Positions 24,456-37,500 of a stretch of DNA of 64,000 nucleotides are shown piece by piece; position 1 is the first letter of the stretch; every line of letters starts with the position of its first letter. The DNA comes from Bispira polyomma (taxonomy: Eukaryota). Both the position numbers and the translations under genes were made by a program. The stretch covers positions 49,910,001 to 49,974,000 of the forward strand of contig OZ287754.1 in the NCBI GenBank assembly GCA_965649765.1. Reading direction: 5' to 3'. A model generated the notes under the pieces. It saw only the letters and a program-made list of their open reading frames with translations. It ran no database searches and had not been told where the DNA came from.

Positions 24456-25229
24456 ATTTATGTTAGCACAAAAAATATTTTAATAAATTAGGGAGTACCA
24501 AATGAAAAATTCTGGCTACTCCCCTGTATGTATAGAAATATTTAATATGTTTATTTTTCCTTCTGTGATTGGGCTAAACCCAGATATCAAACTATGATCC
24601 TATTTGTGGCCAAGTGACAGTGTGAACTTTTCACTGCTTGCATTTTATATGTTATGCCAAATATGGGACATTATTGCCAATTCAGAATTATACATAATAT
24701 TGTATGTACATAAAGGTGAGGGAAGAAAGGCAAAAATGGAAAAACACATGTATTCTGAATAATTCTACTATTTATTTATACATAGCATATTGTATTCAAT
24801 GGCTGATTTATTTTTGTCATGTAAATGTTGTAGCCCAACTTACAATTTGGCCAACCTTAAGATGAGCTATAGCCCAACTTAGGATTATAAGTTTGCCAGT
24901 TTATCTTAAGATGGGCCACCAGCCCATCTCACAAGCCAGTCTTAAGATTGGCCAGGTTGGTGTTAAAGGGAAAGTTTTCGGGTCTATAGGTTACAGATAG
25001 CCGGAGTCACTATAACATACACCACAGACTACTTCCGGTTTTCTACAATGGCCTCCTGTGTAGTTTTTTTTTAAACAGGGAAGTCTTTCTGTACTAACAA
25101 TTTCCTTACGTGAGGAAAGATAAGGAAGATAAAATAATATTTTAGGGTGGTGTCAACTGGTTGGCGACAGATATAGGTCCTAGGAGTATAACACAAATGT
25201 AGTCGACTGCTAACCACCAACCTGGGGCC

Positions 25230-25406
25230 NNNNNNNNNNNNNNNNNNNNNNNNNNNNNNNNNNNNNNNNNNNNNNNNNNNNNNNNNNNNNNNNNNNNNNN
25301 NNNNNNNNNNNNNNNNNNNNNNNNNNNNNNNNNNNNNNNNNNNNNNNNNNNNNNNNNNNNNNNNNNNNNNNNNNNNNNNNNNNNNNNNNNNNNNNNNNNN
25401 NNNNNN
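25230..25406. other. Assembly gap (177 N)
   Basis: Run of N. Confidence 1.
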
Positions 25407-26932
25407 TTCTATTTATTGTAATTCTAAACGCCCTGCATAATTTATCCATTTTCTTCTGACTTGGTTTATCTCACCCTATTAACTCACTAAAGGCTAAATT
25501 AAAGTTATAAAGAAGAACAGTAATTTATCAATTCCTTGACCCACAATCTTTCTATTATAGTAAGGAATCTAAAATTACTATATCTGAAATTCGCCAACTA
25601 GAAAATGTTGTGTTTTTGGTAGAATTGTGGGTAATATTTGCTGAAATTCGGATTTTTGTGACTTAATTTTACCAGTTTTTTTTTTCGCCAGTTTTTATTG
25701 CTTTGGCTTAAAATATAGGAGTGGCGAATTTTAGATACAGTGGCAAATTTTGGATTCCTTACTCTGCCTGCACAAAGCCTAAAGCTGTGAATCGGAGTAA
25801 GCTTACCAAGATATCCCATGGAGGTGGCATTTTATCCCATACCCATTTAGCTTTTCATTATATAAAGACCCTTTTATTTACATATAGTTTCCTTCAAAGT
25901 GAGTTACGTAAATCTTTGATATATTCATAATACACATATTAATTTTGGTAAGCGATATATTTCCCTGAAAAGTGATTGATATACTGGTATACCTATTTAG
26001 TGTTTGGTATTGGAACCAAAAAAATCTGATGAATGTATTTGATGTTCGACATTATATCAGGATAAATGTCTATAAAATGCTTTATGATGAGGATTATGTG
26101 TAAAAGAAAAACTGTTTTACTCATTCTGACGTTTATTATCTGGGTATTCCTGTCTGTTTCTGTTTTTATTTCTTGTATTTTAGGTATGTATTGAACATTA
26201 AAGCCTAATTCTATAACTTTAACTTGAGATTCATTTTTGGTTTGTTTTACATTTCCACTTCTGGGACAGTATCCTAATGTCTCAGTCATTAGTTTATTTT
26301 TATTTTTAAATAAATGTACGGCCATTCTGTATTTTTTGTATTACCTATATGTATTACCAATTAGGAGCTTATGTTTTTGGTTACGTCCGTTGTTTGTGTG
26401 TCACCAGGATAATACAAACACTACTGAACCAATTTGCATTAGATTTGGTGGATAGACCAAAAAAGACTACGGTCAATTTTGGAGTAGATCGGTTTAAAAG
26501 GGTCAATTTTTTGGGGGGTACTACTATGGTACCTTAACAGGTGTATTGCCGTCTAGTCTAAGTACTGATTCTGGTTCATATATGTTTTCTTTGTACATTT
26601 ATGTTTAGTTCAGCGAGTATATACCTTAGATAGAAAGTATCAAATAGAGAATTATAAATTGCCTTGCAAAGTATAAATTAGAGAATTGTAAAATGTTATA
26701 GAAAGTATAAATTACATTTTGAATTGCCTTAAAAAGTATAAATCATAGAATCATAAAATATCTTGGAAAGTATACATTAGACATTTACAAAATACCATAA
26801 AAAGAATTGATTGAACAATTATAAGATGCCTCAGAAAGTACAAATTTTAGAATGATAAAATTCTTCAGAAGCTATACTAAACATACCCATGGTTAAACAT
26901 TAGTTGGAATGTATCTTCTTTTAATTTTACAG

Positions 26933-27263
26933 ACAACAACTCAAATCACCAGGCTGAAACTCCATTGACATTTGCAGAGGATTTTCAATCATATACACCA
27001 GCCAGGCAGTATTTTACCAATAGTAACAGTGGTAATCCCTATAATAACTCTCTTTGTAACAACACAGTCCCTTCTCCGTGCACTAAGTCTAACCAGACTG
27101 GTAGTAGTAATAACTACACAGACCAACGAACAGCAGGAAAACCAGTGTACTTGTTAAAGCAAGTCAGCCAGCTCAAACTGTCCAGACAGAAACGTAAGCA
27201 GAGGGTCAAGCGCTACAGACTACACACATCTAACAAAACAGAAGCTGAGCAAGGCAATTGAAG
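26933..27263 (+). other. Putative exon of an unidentified, possibly dead gene
   Basis: Acceptor CTTTTAATTTTACAG, phase-1 start, ~108 open S/N/T-rich codons, AG|GTATAA donor just after TGA. No recognisable domain. Confidence 0.35.
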
Positions 27264-27276
27264 GTATAAATGTTAT

Positions 27277-28185
27277 GGCGCGCTCACACTGGGTACAATC
27301 GGGTTTACGTTTGTTTTTTTTTTTGTTTTTTTAAGAAATGTAAGCAAACAGAAAGAAACAAAGTGAAATTGGGCAAACGTAACCAAAAAATTTATGTATA
27401 AGATGTTTTATATAAGTTTTGTACACACGCATTCAACATGTTTTTGGTAGCCATTTCAACTACGTTTGTTATGTTAGCCACGTTTTTAAATATGTTCCAT
27501 ATATTCGCTGGGGGTCGCGGTGGCCCAGTGGTTAGCAAGCATTGCGCTTCACAATCACTGGTCTCATATACCATGCTTTGGAGTGTGTTGTTCCTATTCT
27601 AACATGACCATAAACCAAAGAAGATAAAACTTATTTCAAATTTGAAAAAAATAATGTCATAAACGTACATAAACATACATAAACATAGGATGTTCTGTCT
27701 TACTTACCTTGCAAGATGTACTGATGGAACAGCCAATGAGAATATGCAGAATTTTACCGAGGCTTTCGTCCAATCAGAATGTTAAAATACATTTCGATCT
27801 TGTTATCCATGTTTGAAATAGGTTGCATTCGCTTCATTTACGCTTTTCATGTCTCTGGTGATTATGTGGATGTATAGTACGTTTTGGTGCTGTCTGTTAC
27901 GTTCATATATATGATGAAAATGTGTCAAACGTGTCCTACGTATCCCCCGAACGCAACTGCCGTTTTTAGTGGATATTGTCAAAAACAGCTTCAAACATAG
28001 CATATTTTTGTGCAGTCCGAAATGATGATTTTTTTTGTCATTTTTCTTATGTTTTACTTACGCAAGCATCCGTTAATATCCGTTCAATACGCAAAATTGG
28101 TTTCAAATTTGTTTTCATTATGTTTTACCTTCCATTTGCTAATTTTTGTGTGTAATCGAAACAGAAGCCGAGTATGACCAGGTTA
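27277..28185. mobile_element. Non-autonomous TIR element (Harbinger-like), inverted relative to the 30064 copy; contains a SINE-A 5' fragment at 27510-27565
   Basis: TCACACTG...GTATGACC ends. Internal TTAGCCACGTTTTT is the reverse complement of AAAAACGTGGCTAA near 30455. Confidence 0.55.
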
Positions 28186-30063
28186 TTACAGTCAATCCGT
28201 AAACTTAGTCTAGTCATTAATCATAATGACTAAAACCTTTAGGCATTTCATGTAGTGACCACTAGTTATGACTATACTTGTCAGTCATTTTGTGTAATGA
28301 CTGAAATTTGGTGTCTATAATTACACAGATTGCCTGAATGTAATCATAATATACATACAAACAAAGAAAGTTCAGACAGAAATCTACCTTCTAAGGAGTA
28401 GATTTGCTTATATAACTATTCACTTTATTAATGCTTTATCAATGTTTTACTGTATCATATGACATAAATGTATGTATAAAATTTTAATTTAATTGTACAT
28501 TTGAATTGGTTAAAAGATGTGAAAACTGTAATTTGGTTAACCATGAGTTGATGTTTTCAAGGTTTTATATGTGGTTCATCTTTCATGCGATTCAGACATA
28601 ATCTGCCAAAAACTCTGGTAAATTTGGTAAAATGACTATAGACGTATCACCTCAAAAGTGTTTGCCATTAAATAATTAGCAATATATGAGACAAAAACAA
28701 AGAGGAAAAATTATAACAAAATGTTACTACTGTATATTCAAAGTACATGCTTTAAAAATGTGACACAATTCATGCTGAAGAAATGTATTTATCAGCAACA
28801 ATTTTTGCAGCATATTGTGTTGAGCTTAACTTAAATCTGTGATGTATTACAACATGGTTTTGAGTATACATAGATCCATATGTAAACATGCATCATTTTC
28901 ATTTTACAGACCATACAAGTGAACCAGATGAAACAGGACAAGAACAGTATTGATTACTAAAGGTAAAAAACAACAATTGGTGAAGGAAATCCAAACTCAT
29001 TTAGGAGACTAGGAGTCTGTAAATCGTGGATAAAAGACGCTGTTGGTGAGGGTACCATAGCCCATAATATCATGGCTGAAGGGAGAAAACAAATGTTAAA
29101 GGAAGTCTAAACTCAAAAACAATTTAGGAGACTAAAAGTCTCATTGTATTTCATTGTCTATACACATTGGATAAGAGATATCAGAAGTGCATTACCATAT
29201 GGTCAATAATATCATGGCTGCCGATATCTGGTATTTATTTCTGAATTGTAGAAAACCATTGGTGAAGGAAATCTAAACTCATACACATGTATGGAACATA
29301 CGTCCACCTTCTCCTTAAATACGACCACCTTAAAGGACGTCATGAGACTTGAATATAATAACGAGACATGCACCTTAGAGTCTACTTTAATGGAGATTAA
29401 GCACTATAAAAGTTTGATAAGGTTAGATTAGAGTAGGCGTCTTATTTACTTCATTTTCAAAACAATGGATGTAAAATGCTGTAGTCAATAATATCATGGC
29501 TGTCGATATATGGTGTTGATTTCTGAAGGGTGGAAAACCATTGGCTATTCAAGTTTAAACTTAGCACATTCAGGAGTTTTAGTGTAACTCACTGGCTAAA
29601 CAACTGAAGATATTAAAGAAACCTAATGGCATTGTAACTGATTTATCATAGTCAATATATTAACCCCTTCTTCACCAATTGAGCAGCATTGCATTATACT
29701 GAAGAAACTGATCAGGTCATAGATTGCAGAATAGCTGGAGTCACTAAAACACACACCACAGATGATTTGCTGCATTTAACAATGGCCTCGTGTGTAATTT
29801 TTTTAAATTTGGAATTCTGCAGTACTAACAACTCCTTTGCAACAATTTCCTATGAACTGAATAGAGGAACTGAAAGAAAAAAGCTAATATTTTGGTGTGT
29901 GGACTGCTTACTAACAGACATAGGTTCTGGGAGTTCTACCAAATTCCGTAGACTGCTAGTCATCAACCTGGAAGTCGAAAGGGTTAAGAATTTTAGTTTA
30001 ATGGTGTTATATGTGTGATTGTGGGTCAGTATATAAACAAAGTTAATACTGTCACCTGCATAT

Positions 30064-30703
30064 GCCATGGTCACACTGAGCTTATGTTTCGCTTACGCAC
30101 AAAAAAATGGGTGACGTAAGCTAAAACGTAGTGAACGTAAGTAACGTAAGTAAAACATGATACCTTAGGTTGAGTTATTCCACGTTTTAAAAAAAAAACG
30201 TCTTAATTTTCGGACTGCTCCAAATTTTTTACGTCTTTAGCCGTTTGCTGAAAATTTTCCGGAAACGGGTGGTGCATTCGCGGCAAAGTATAACACAAAT
30301 TTAATGCTTATTTGACATAAAGGACAGGAGTAAAACAAACTACACGTACAAATAAATATTAAGGATGAGGAAAACGAAACAGGTTTACAAACATTAAAAG
30401 CGAGGAGAACTAGACTGAAACAGGTTTAGAAGTGTGGCTAACGTATTTCTAAAAAACGTGGCTAACGTGGCTAATGAGTCTAACGTATTATTAAAACGTG
30501 GCTAAAGAGTTCAACATAATTGAAACGGCTATTAAAACGTATTAAATGCATGTACAAATGTATACATATGCGTACTGAACATGTAGAAAACAGTCCATGC
30601 ATAGATTTTTGCTACGTTTCCCTATTTTCCCACGGTTTTTCACTTCGTTTTCTCTCGTTTACGAAAAAAAAAGTAACGCAAACGAACTCACTGTGACCAC
30701 AGC
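30064..30703. mobile_element. Non-autonomous TIR element (Harbinger-like MITE)
   Basis: GCCATGGTCACACTGAG ... CTCACTGTGACCACAGC imperfect TIRs; ACGT-rich interior. Confidence 0.65.
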
Positions 30704-31664
30704 AGTATGTTCTAACAGAATACATTATTTTTACATATAGTTGTAGTTATTTCTTACACTAGAATTCTACTGGTACAAGTACTCCACGTGAACACAACAA
30801 AATAAATACCATAAAATTTAGCCACAAGAAAGTATCACTAATTTTCACCATTTTAGGGAAGTTTACTGGAAATAATTTCACTATTGGTTATTATTTTCTT
30901 AAAGTATGAGTACAAGTTAGTTTCTCACTGGGGAATTAATTGTTACTATCTAAGCTTATTAGTTAAAATAGCTCAATTTATTCCCTCCTGTACCCGCCAT
31001 GTATGAGCTCATTATGAAATCCATTAGGCAGCAGACATGTGTCACCTCTGCTCAAGTGCAAATGTTATATCAGCTAGCCAAAACTAGATCTGTACCAGTA
31101 TATACTTGGGCCCGTATTCACTGACAGATTTAGCCAATACAAGTCTTAAACCTAATTTACTTTCGTAGTAGATTAAAACCTAAGACTTGGCTAAGCATGT
31201 TAGTCAATAGAAGCCCTGGGTATGTAAAAGGTGGCCACAATACGTGGATTTAAAGCACATCACAACCAGTGTGGCGCCAGATTTTTACTTCTCTTTTTTT
31301 TTCTTGGAGGGTGTGGATTTGGGTGCCCTATTATCACTCCCCAAAATCATAATGGCTATATGGGCATAAGACAAACTATTATAGATGAATAACAGGCAAC
31401 ACTGTGGTATATGGTTTCCATATATAACATAACGTAGACCCCCTAACAGTAACGGAAGCTGGTTTACTTATAACTTATAAAATTATTTTAGTTGGGTCTT
31501 TAGAACTACTTTTGTCCAAGTTTTAGAATTTTTTAAGTTTGGAATCACTTTTAGTGAGTACCAGTTAGTCAAACCGTAATCTTTTTTTGTGGAGATACCA
31601 AAGAAAACATTTACTTTAATTTTAAAAAAAAATACTAAAGACTGTGGTCTCGTTAAATAATAAC

Positions 31665-32200
31665 CTGGCCTGGTGGTTTCGGAGTTTGATGATCAGAAGA
31701 TCCCAGTTTGACTCCCAGTTGGGGGAGTTGGTCTAGTGATCGCAAGACCCCTGGTTCCACTTCTACTAATGCGGCTACATTCATTGTTGGGATAACATCC
31801 TTGGGCAAGATCATTGGACACGTCATAGTCTACTGATGAGGGTCAAGGCTGTGTTGTAAAACTGTCCCTTTCAGGGAACAATCTCTATACAGGAGGATGT
31901 CCGAATTCTGAATTTAGATATTTAACATCCAGTCTAGTACCTGTTTAGGTTATATTGGGACGGGTAGTTGGAAACGCTGGAGGAAATACTGCATACTGTT
32001 GATCAAGGTTCTGCACTGAAACCAGCGGCCCACAGTGAGGAACTACCACCATTCCCACATAGGCATTGATGGGATTCGAACTCACGCCGCCCAGAGGTGA
32101 GAGACCAGTGATTGTGAAGCGCAAGGCTTGCTAACCACTAGGCCACCGCGGTCCCCATACGGGAGGATGTAGGGTGTCGTATATACTGTTAAGTATCAAG
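31665..32200 (+). mobile_element. SINE family B (doubled tRNA-like head, CCTTGGGCAAG core) interrupted by a SINE-A copy
   Basis: Two GGAGTT..TGATC head units and a CATCCTTGGGCAAG core. Related copies at ~47600-47755 (+), ~50830-50975, ~51940-52120 and ~58780-58915 (-). Confidence 0.65.
31901..32156 (-). mobile_element. tRNA-derived SINE family A, full length
   Basis: Same family as the 13302 copy. 14-bp TSD ATACRGGAGGATGT at 31887-31900 and 32157-32170. Confidence 0.92.
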
Positions 32201-33725
32201 TGTTCTAAAATATCCATTTTATGACTTTTTGCTGATGAATAGGAGTAATAGTTAAGACCGTAATAGTATACTCTTTCGCGAATTCAATATTATACAACAT
32301 AAAATTACATTACTTTTCAATGACCATAAATATGGTTCAAGTCTGGAAAATACTTGTGCAGAATCAGAATGTAACCTTGTAAAACTAGCCAGCCAATTCA
32401 CCCAGTGACAAATTCCAGTCCAATTGCTGAGTGAAAGCCCCCTATTTCCCCTTGTCAATGCTCTGTATGAGTACACTATAGAGCCAAAGAGAAAGTTAAT
32501 AATACATATATACGCCACCGTAGTTCTTGAATATTGCTCATGCCATTGAATACTTTACTAAAATCTGAACCATATTTGACCATATTTTCTTGAATCTTTC
32601 AAGTCATTAAAAATATTTGCCATAAACCTAAAAAGAAAACGAAATTCCCAATTGGGCCCCTTAGTCGTATCGGCTGTAAGAGATGTTCTTTTGGGGCTTA
32701 AAATAGGAGTTTGTTTGCTTAAACCCCAATTTCAGATTTCGTGTCATATGTAGACCTTGTGCAAGGTCCTTCAATGAGGGCATTATGTCTTTTACTCAAA
32801 ACCCCTCTGTGGATTGAAGTTTACTTTCGGGATAAAATGAAGAAGCTGTCAGCTATTAAAAAACCAGTGCTGACACCTTTTGAATGTTTAAAATGCAGTG
32901 CTTTTACCAACAGTAAAGATTTGTAAGCAAGTCTATGTCACATGATGACTAGGAGTCATATTTGCGTTAGTTACAATTCCATTCACTGGAGGGCGCTCAA
33001 GTGTAATAATAGATGCCCCGTGTTATGATATATTGGTGGATCGGAGCCCAAAGCTGTGATAAGGTTTGTTTCGGGGTTTTTTTAATCAAAAAGCCCTACA
33101 GATATTTGTGTGATCCCCATTCACACAGATGGGGCCCTTAATATCCTCACGCCATTGTCCATCTGTTTGTGTGTACAGGACGAAAGAATGGTTTTCAGTA
33201 TAAAAGACACTCACATTTTATACAGAACAACTGGTCCACTATAGTAATGTAGAGCCAATCTGTTAGTTATACACACATCTGGCGTTTGTTGAAAAGAAAC
33301 TGCTCCCCACCTAAAATACCTAGGAAAGTTGTCGATTTACTCACTGTTTACATTGCTGTTAAATTTGTGTTATATCTTTTTAAAGATCTCTTAATTTTGT
33401 GAGTATTTCTACATAAATGGACCCGGGCGTTAAAATGAGTTAATTGGTTTGAATAGTAGATGTTGAATCATTTAGGTTGTGGTGGACTATTTAAAGAACA
33501 AAATGAAGGGTTTAATTGACCTTTGGGAGTCGTAATGTTGACACATTGTAGTCTGCTGTGGCAGTCTATCTAAATTTACAACTATAATAGCGTTCAGTAG
33601 AGTGCATACCTCCTCAATGTCAACAAAAAAGTGACAATTTGCCATTCTATTGGGATCTGATCCAAAATTTTAAAAAATTCTTCCTTGGCCCAAGACATTT
33701 CCCTCTAATAAATTTTATGGTCAAT

Positions 33726-33944
33726 CTGGGGCCATATATTTACAAAAGGTTTTAGTCTTAAAGCTTCAGGTTTTGGTCTTTGCTTAGTCTCGAGCCAATA
33801 ACAGCAAGAAAAGATCTTTGGTTAGTATATACTTTGTACTTAACACCAACACCAACAATGGGTAGTCTGTAATATTTTATATTATAAATGTTAAGCTTTA
33901 GACTATTATAAGACTAATAAGACATTTTGTAAATACGGCCGCAG
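33726..33944. mobile_element. Short palindromic MITE
   Basis: CTGGGGCC..ATTTACAAAA ... TTTTGTAAATACGGCCGCAG. Relatives at ~31108-31216 and ~48389-48536. Confidence 0.55.
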
Positions 33945-34486
33945 TTCAATAGCATTTGTGTGTGTTTTTTTTTGACAAACATCCAAATCAACAGTTGCAG
34001 GCAAAAGTACAGCATTTTGGGTGGAGTGACTCAAAATTCGGCTTTTAATTTTGCTTGAAATTAATAGTTTGTTAAATTATAATGGTGAATTTTGTAACAT
34101 TCTTCTTATATAATCTGGCCCCATATAATTTCACAAGGGTTATCTCCTAATTTATGAATGGTTGTTTTTGTACGTTTACCATTGTCTCATTTAATAATCT
34201 TACCGTGTCTTAATAGTTCGTTTTTAAGCCTAAAGAATTTTTTTGGAGACTTTTCCTCTCCCCCCTCCCCCTTCATTGCGACTTATGGGGGACTATTACT
34301 GGTGGAGACTTTTTTCTCTTCGTACACCACATATTCTACATAAAAATTCAATGTTTAAGTGAGTGATTTGTCAAGACAGAAAACGTAAACTACTAAACTG
34401 ATTGACATGAGGGGTGGGGATGAATAGGGTGTTAGCCAAGGAAGGATCCATTATTTTTTATTGGTTAATCCAGGTAGAAGGTTGGG

Positions 34487-34519
<33 letters not shown>

Positions 34520-37500
34520 GCTTACAGAAAACGGACCCAGGTTTCATTTTTGGTCCTGGGTATGTTTAATTTAACAAATGGATTAGATGGTTAGATTTAA
34601 AATAATTTTGTATTTCTATTGAATTGGATTCGCTGAGACAATTGTCCAAAAGAGCAAAAACCAATATTTCCACCATTTCACTATATTTTAAACAAAGTAT
34701 TTCCAAAATAACTGATTTCATAAGTAAAACCTTAAATGACGTTGAATTGATCTGTATCTAGATGCATGCAATCCTAGAACAGGTGAAATTTAGCCAAGAA
34801 AAAAATATTTATTTAATGGCAAAAATCTTGTTTGGCGACCAATTTTATTTTATTTTGACAATCGATTTCAAAGTGAGAAAAAATTCTATACTGATGTAAT
34901 AAAAAATTCTTCCAATTCTTTTCGCTTCAGTGAACAAAATCTTTAAAAGAAAAAATAAACCTGGAAAGGAAAAAGAAACCAATCCCTTAGAACAATGTTT
35001 TAAAGTCCCTGTCACAGGTTCTTATCGAGGTATTTGTCACCCATTTGCTAAATGTAAATACACTCAGTGTCACAAGTTGTGGTAACAAAGTGAGAAGAGA
35101 TAAAGATCTGTGTGCATTGTTTACATTACAGAGCCCTGTTGATGCATATTGACACAAAGTCTTGTGTATGTCAAATGTGTCTACTGATAAGAGGAATAAT
35201 TAGCCTTCTTTAAGGTTCATATAATTTTGTATATTTATATAGGCCGATAATATATAGGGTTTAGTGATTGGTATGTATGGTATAGAATGTAGGGGTTTTA
35301 TGGATATATGTCAGGTAGATTTACAAATTAGTGTTTTGTACTAACTTCTCTTTTTAGCCTTTCTTTCAAGGCTCATAAGTAGATACCTGCTTTGTAATTG
35401 AGGGATAGATGTATTATTAATATTATCAAAGTTATTAATGCTTATTTTTCGGTGTTAGGGTCATTAAATCGTTAGCTTCACAGTCACTGGTATCTTTCAG
35501 AATAAAATTTTGGCTGTTGTGATATGAACTAATCTGCTAAAAAGCACCGTAAAACCTACCCAAACTAAATTCATTGTATTTTGGAACTTTTTTACGTGCC
35601 TTATTAACGCCAGATATTTTCTAAAGTGCAACATCAGAATTGATAAAACAATTAGTCATCATTCAAATACAGAGCCAATAGGTTATCATCAGCAGGCAAT
35701 CGCATGTTCACATCTTGCCCAAAGATGTGATGGTGCGCAGACAAAATGGTGGTGAGCAAAATACAGGTGGACAAAATACATGTCAAATTTGCAAAGGTGG
35801 ACAAAATGCTGGCCCGTTTTTGGATTTTGGACAAACTGTTACTGATGGTGCCTAACATATGTTCACATAAGCATGAATTATGATTACCTGTCTTTTCTGA
35901 CTTCGTAATCACTTAAACCTGATAGAGTGTTTTATTCTACTCAAGAAATTTTATAGAGATATTGCCTCACTGGATCTCCAAAAACGTAAATTATGCAGTT
36001 TTTTAAATATCTTTGGTGTAGTTTCTTTGTCTTTTTTTCTGGTGGTTATCCATAGGTTGCTTTAAGTAAAATGGCAGTGACCAGGGGCAAAATACCAAGC
36101 CATTAAGAACGTCACAAAATTATCTTAAGTCTTCATCTTCTTTTAGGGATCTTGTCGCCATCTACTTTGTGCAAGATGGTGAAAGCATAAAATCGTTTTT
36201 GGTATTGTATCAAAGCATGTTTTGTTGTTGCACTTTGGCTGATGGGAACTTTTCCTGGTGGGGAACTTTCTAATGATGATTTCTTCGTACTCCTGGATTA
36301 GGATGTTAAACACCAGACGAATCACCCAACCCAGTGACCATTATGGTCTTACTATGAGTCAAACTAGGGTCCTATGGCAGACACGGGAGAAGAAATGCGT
36401 TACTAAACAATTGTTTTAAAAAAATATCCTAAAATTAGGCTCTGCTTCTGGATAGGAAAAATCATCTCATGTATAAAAGTACTTCTTGGTAGAATAACTG
36501 TAAACGCATTTGTTTTTTTTTTATAAATATAACTCAACTTGAGCCTTAACGAAGACTAAGTATTTTGGAAGCTATGACGAGTAAAAACAGAATTTATACA
36601 TATATCACACTGACATTCACCCCTAAAACCTATAAATACATATTATCGCCCAAGCGCGACCACGGCGCACCTGTTCATGTCAGTTCGTTTACTTCCGTAA
36701 TAAGCTGTGAGATATGCCCATTCGGGTACACATACTTTCGACTGACGCAACAAAACAAGTGCACATGTTAAGTAATTGCTCTTCTTCACTATAATAATAA
36801 ACTTCAACGTCACATATGTAGTGTATTCACACGATGGTAAAGCTCTTCTATTTACCACTACACACACACTACAACGACAATTAGAAGATGACACTCCAGT
36901 CTAAAAAAAAAACACAACAAGTGTGACACCCACATAAAGGCATACACAGAGAGAGACAAAAAGGCCTTGAGAGAATCAACCTGTCCTCAGGATTAAAATA
37001 ATAATTATCACTGCTCCCCTCTCCCCCACCCCTTCCCTCTCTCTCCCGTGTGTTCCTGCTTATAAACGGTGCACCTGTTTTAACAAATGCTTTTCTCCCT
37101 CCCAGTATTCCTAGCTTCCACTACTACAGTGTCAACCTCTACAGCAAGTGTGGTGACACTAATTGCTTTATTGGCACTTGTTGCCACTTGACTTTGTCAC
37201 TCGAGCCTTGGGCCTCGGCTCTCAGACGGGGGTTTGTACTTGTTTAATATTGATTTTCAGTCTTATCAGTGTCACTTTTTAGGGGACTAATTTTTATTCA
37301 GGCCAATATAGTAAAAAACTATTATGATTACTGTTATTTTGGCCTAAGCATTTATACAGGTGATTTTAGAAGAGGGGAGGGTGGGTGTGTTTCCGGTGAC
37401 AAGAAAAGTCTTTTAAGAAAATAATTGGACAGGAGCAGTGGTATTATGTGTATTAAGTGTTAACAAAAAGTCCACTTAGAATGTGAACATGAAAAATAGC

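Noticed and set aside
25210-25449. ORF spanning the N run
   Set aside because: Assembly-gap artefact.
37165-37200. miR-92/miR-96-like sequence TATTGGCACTTGT
   Set aside because: Does not match the mature sequences beyond a few bases, and no hairpin partner was seen.
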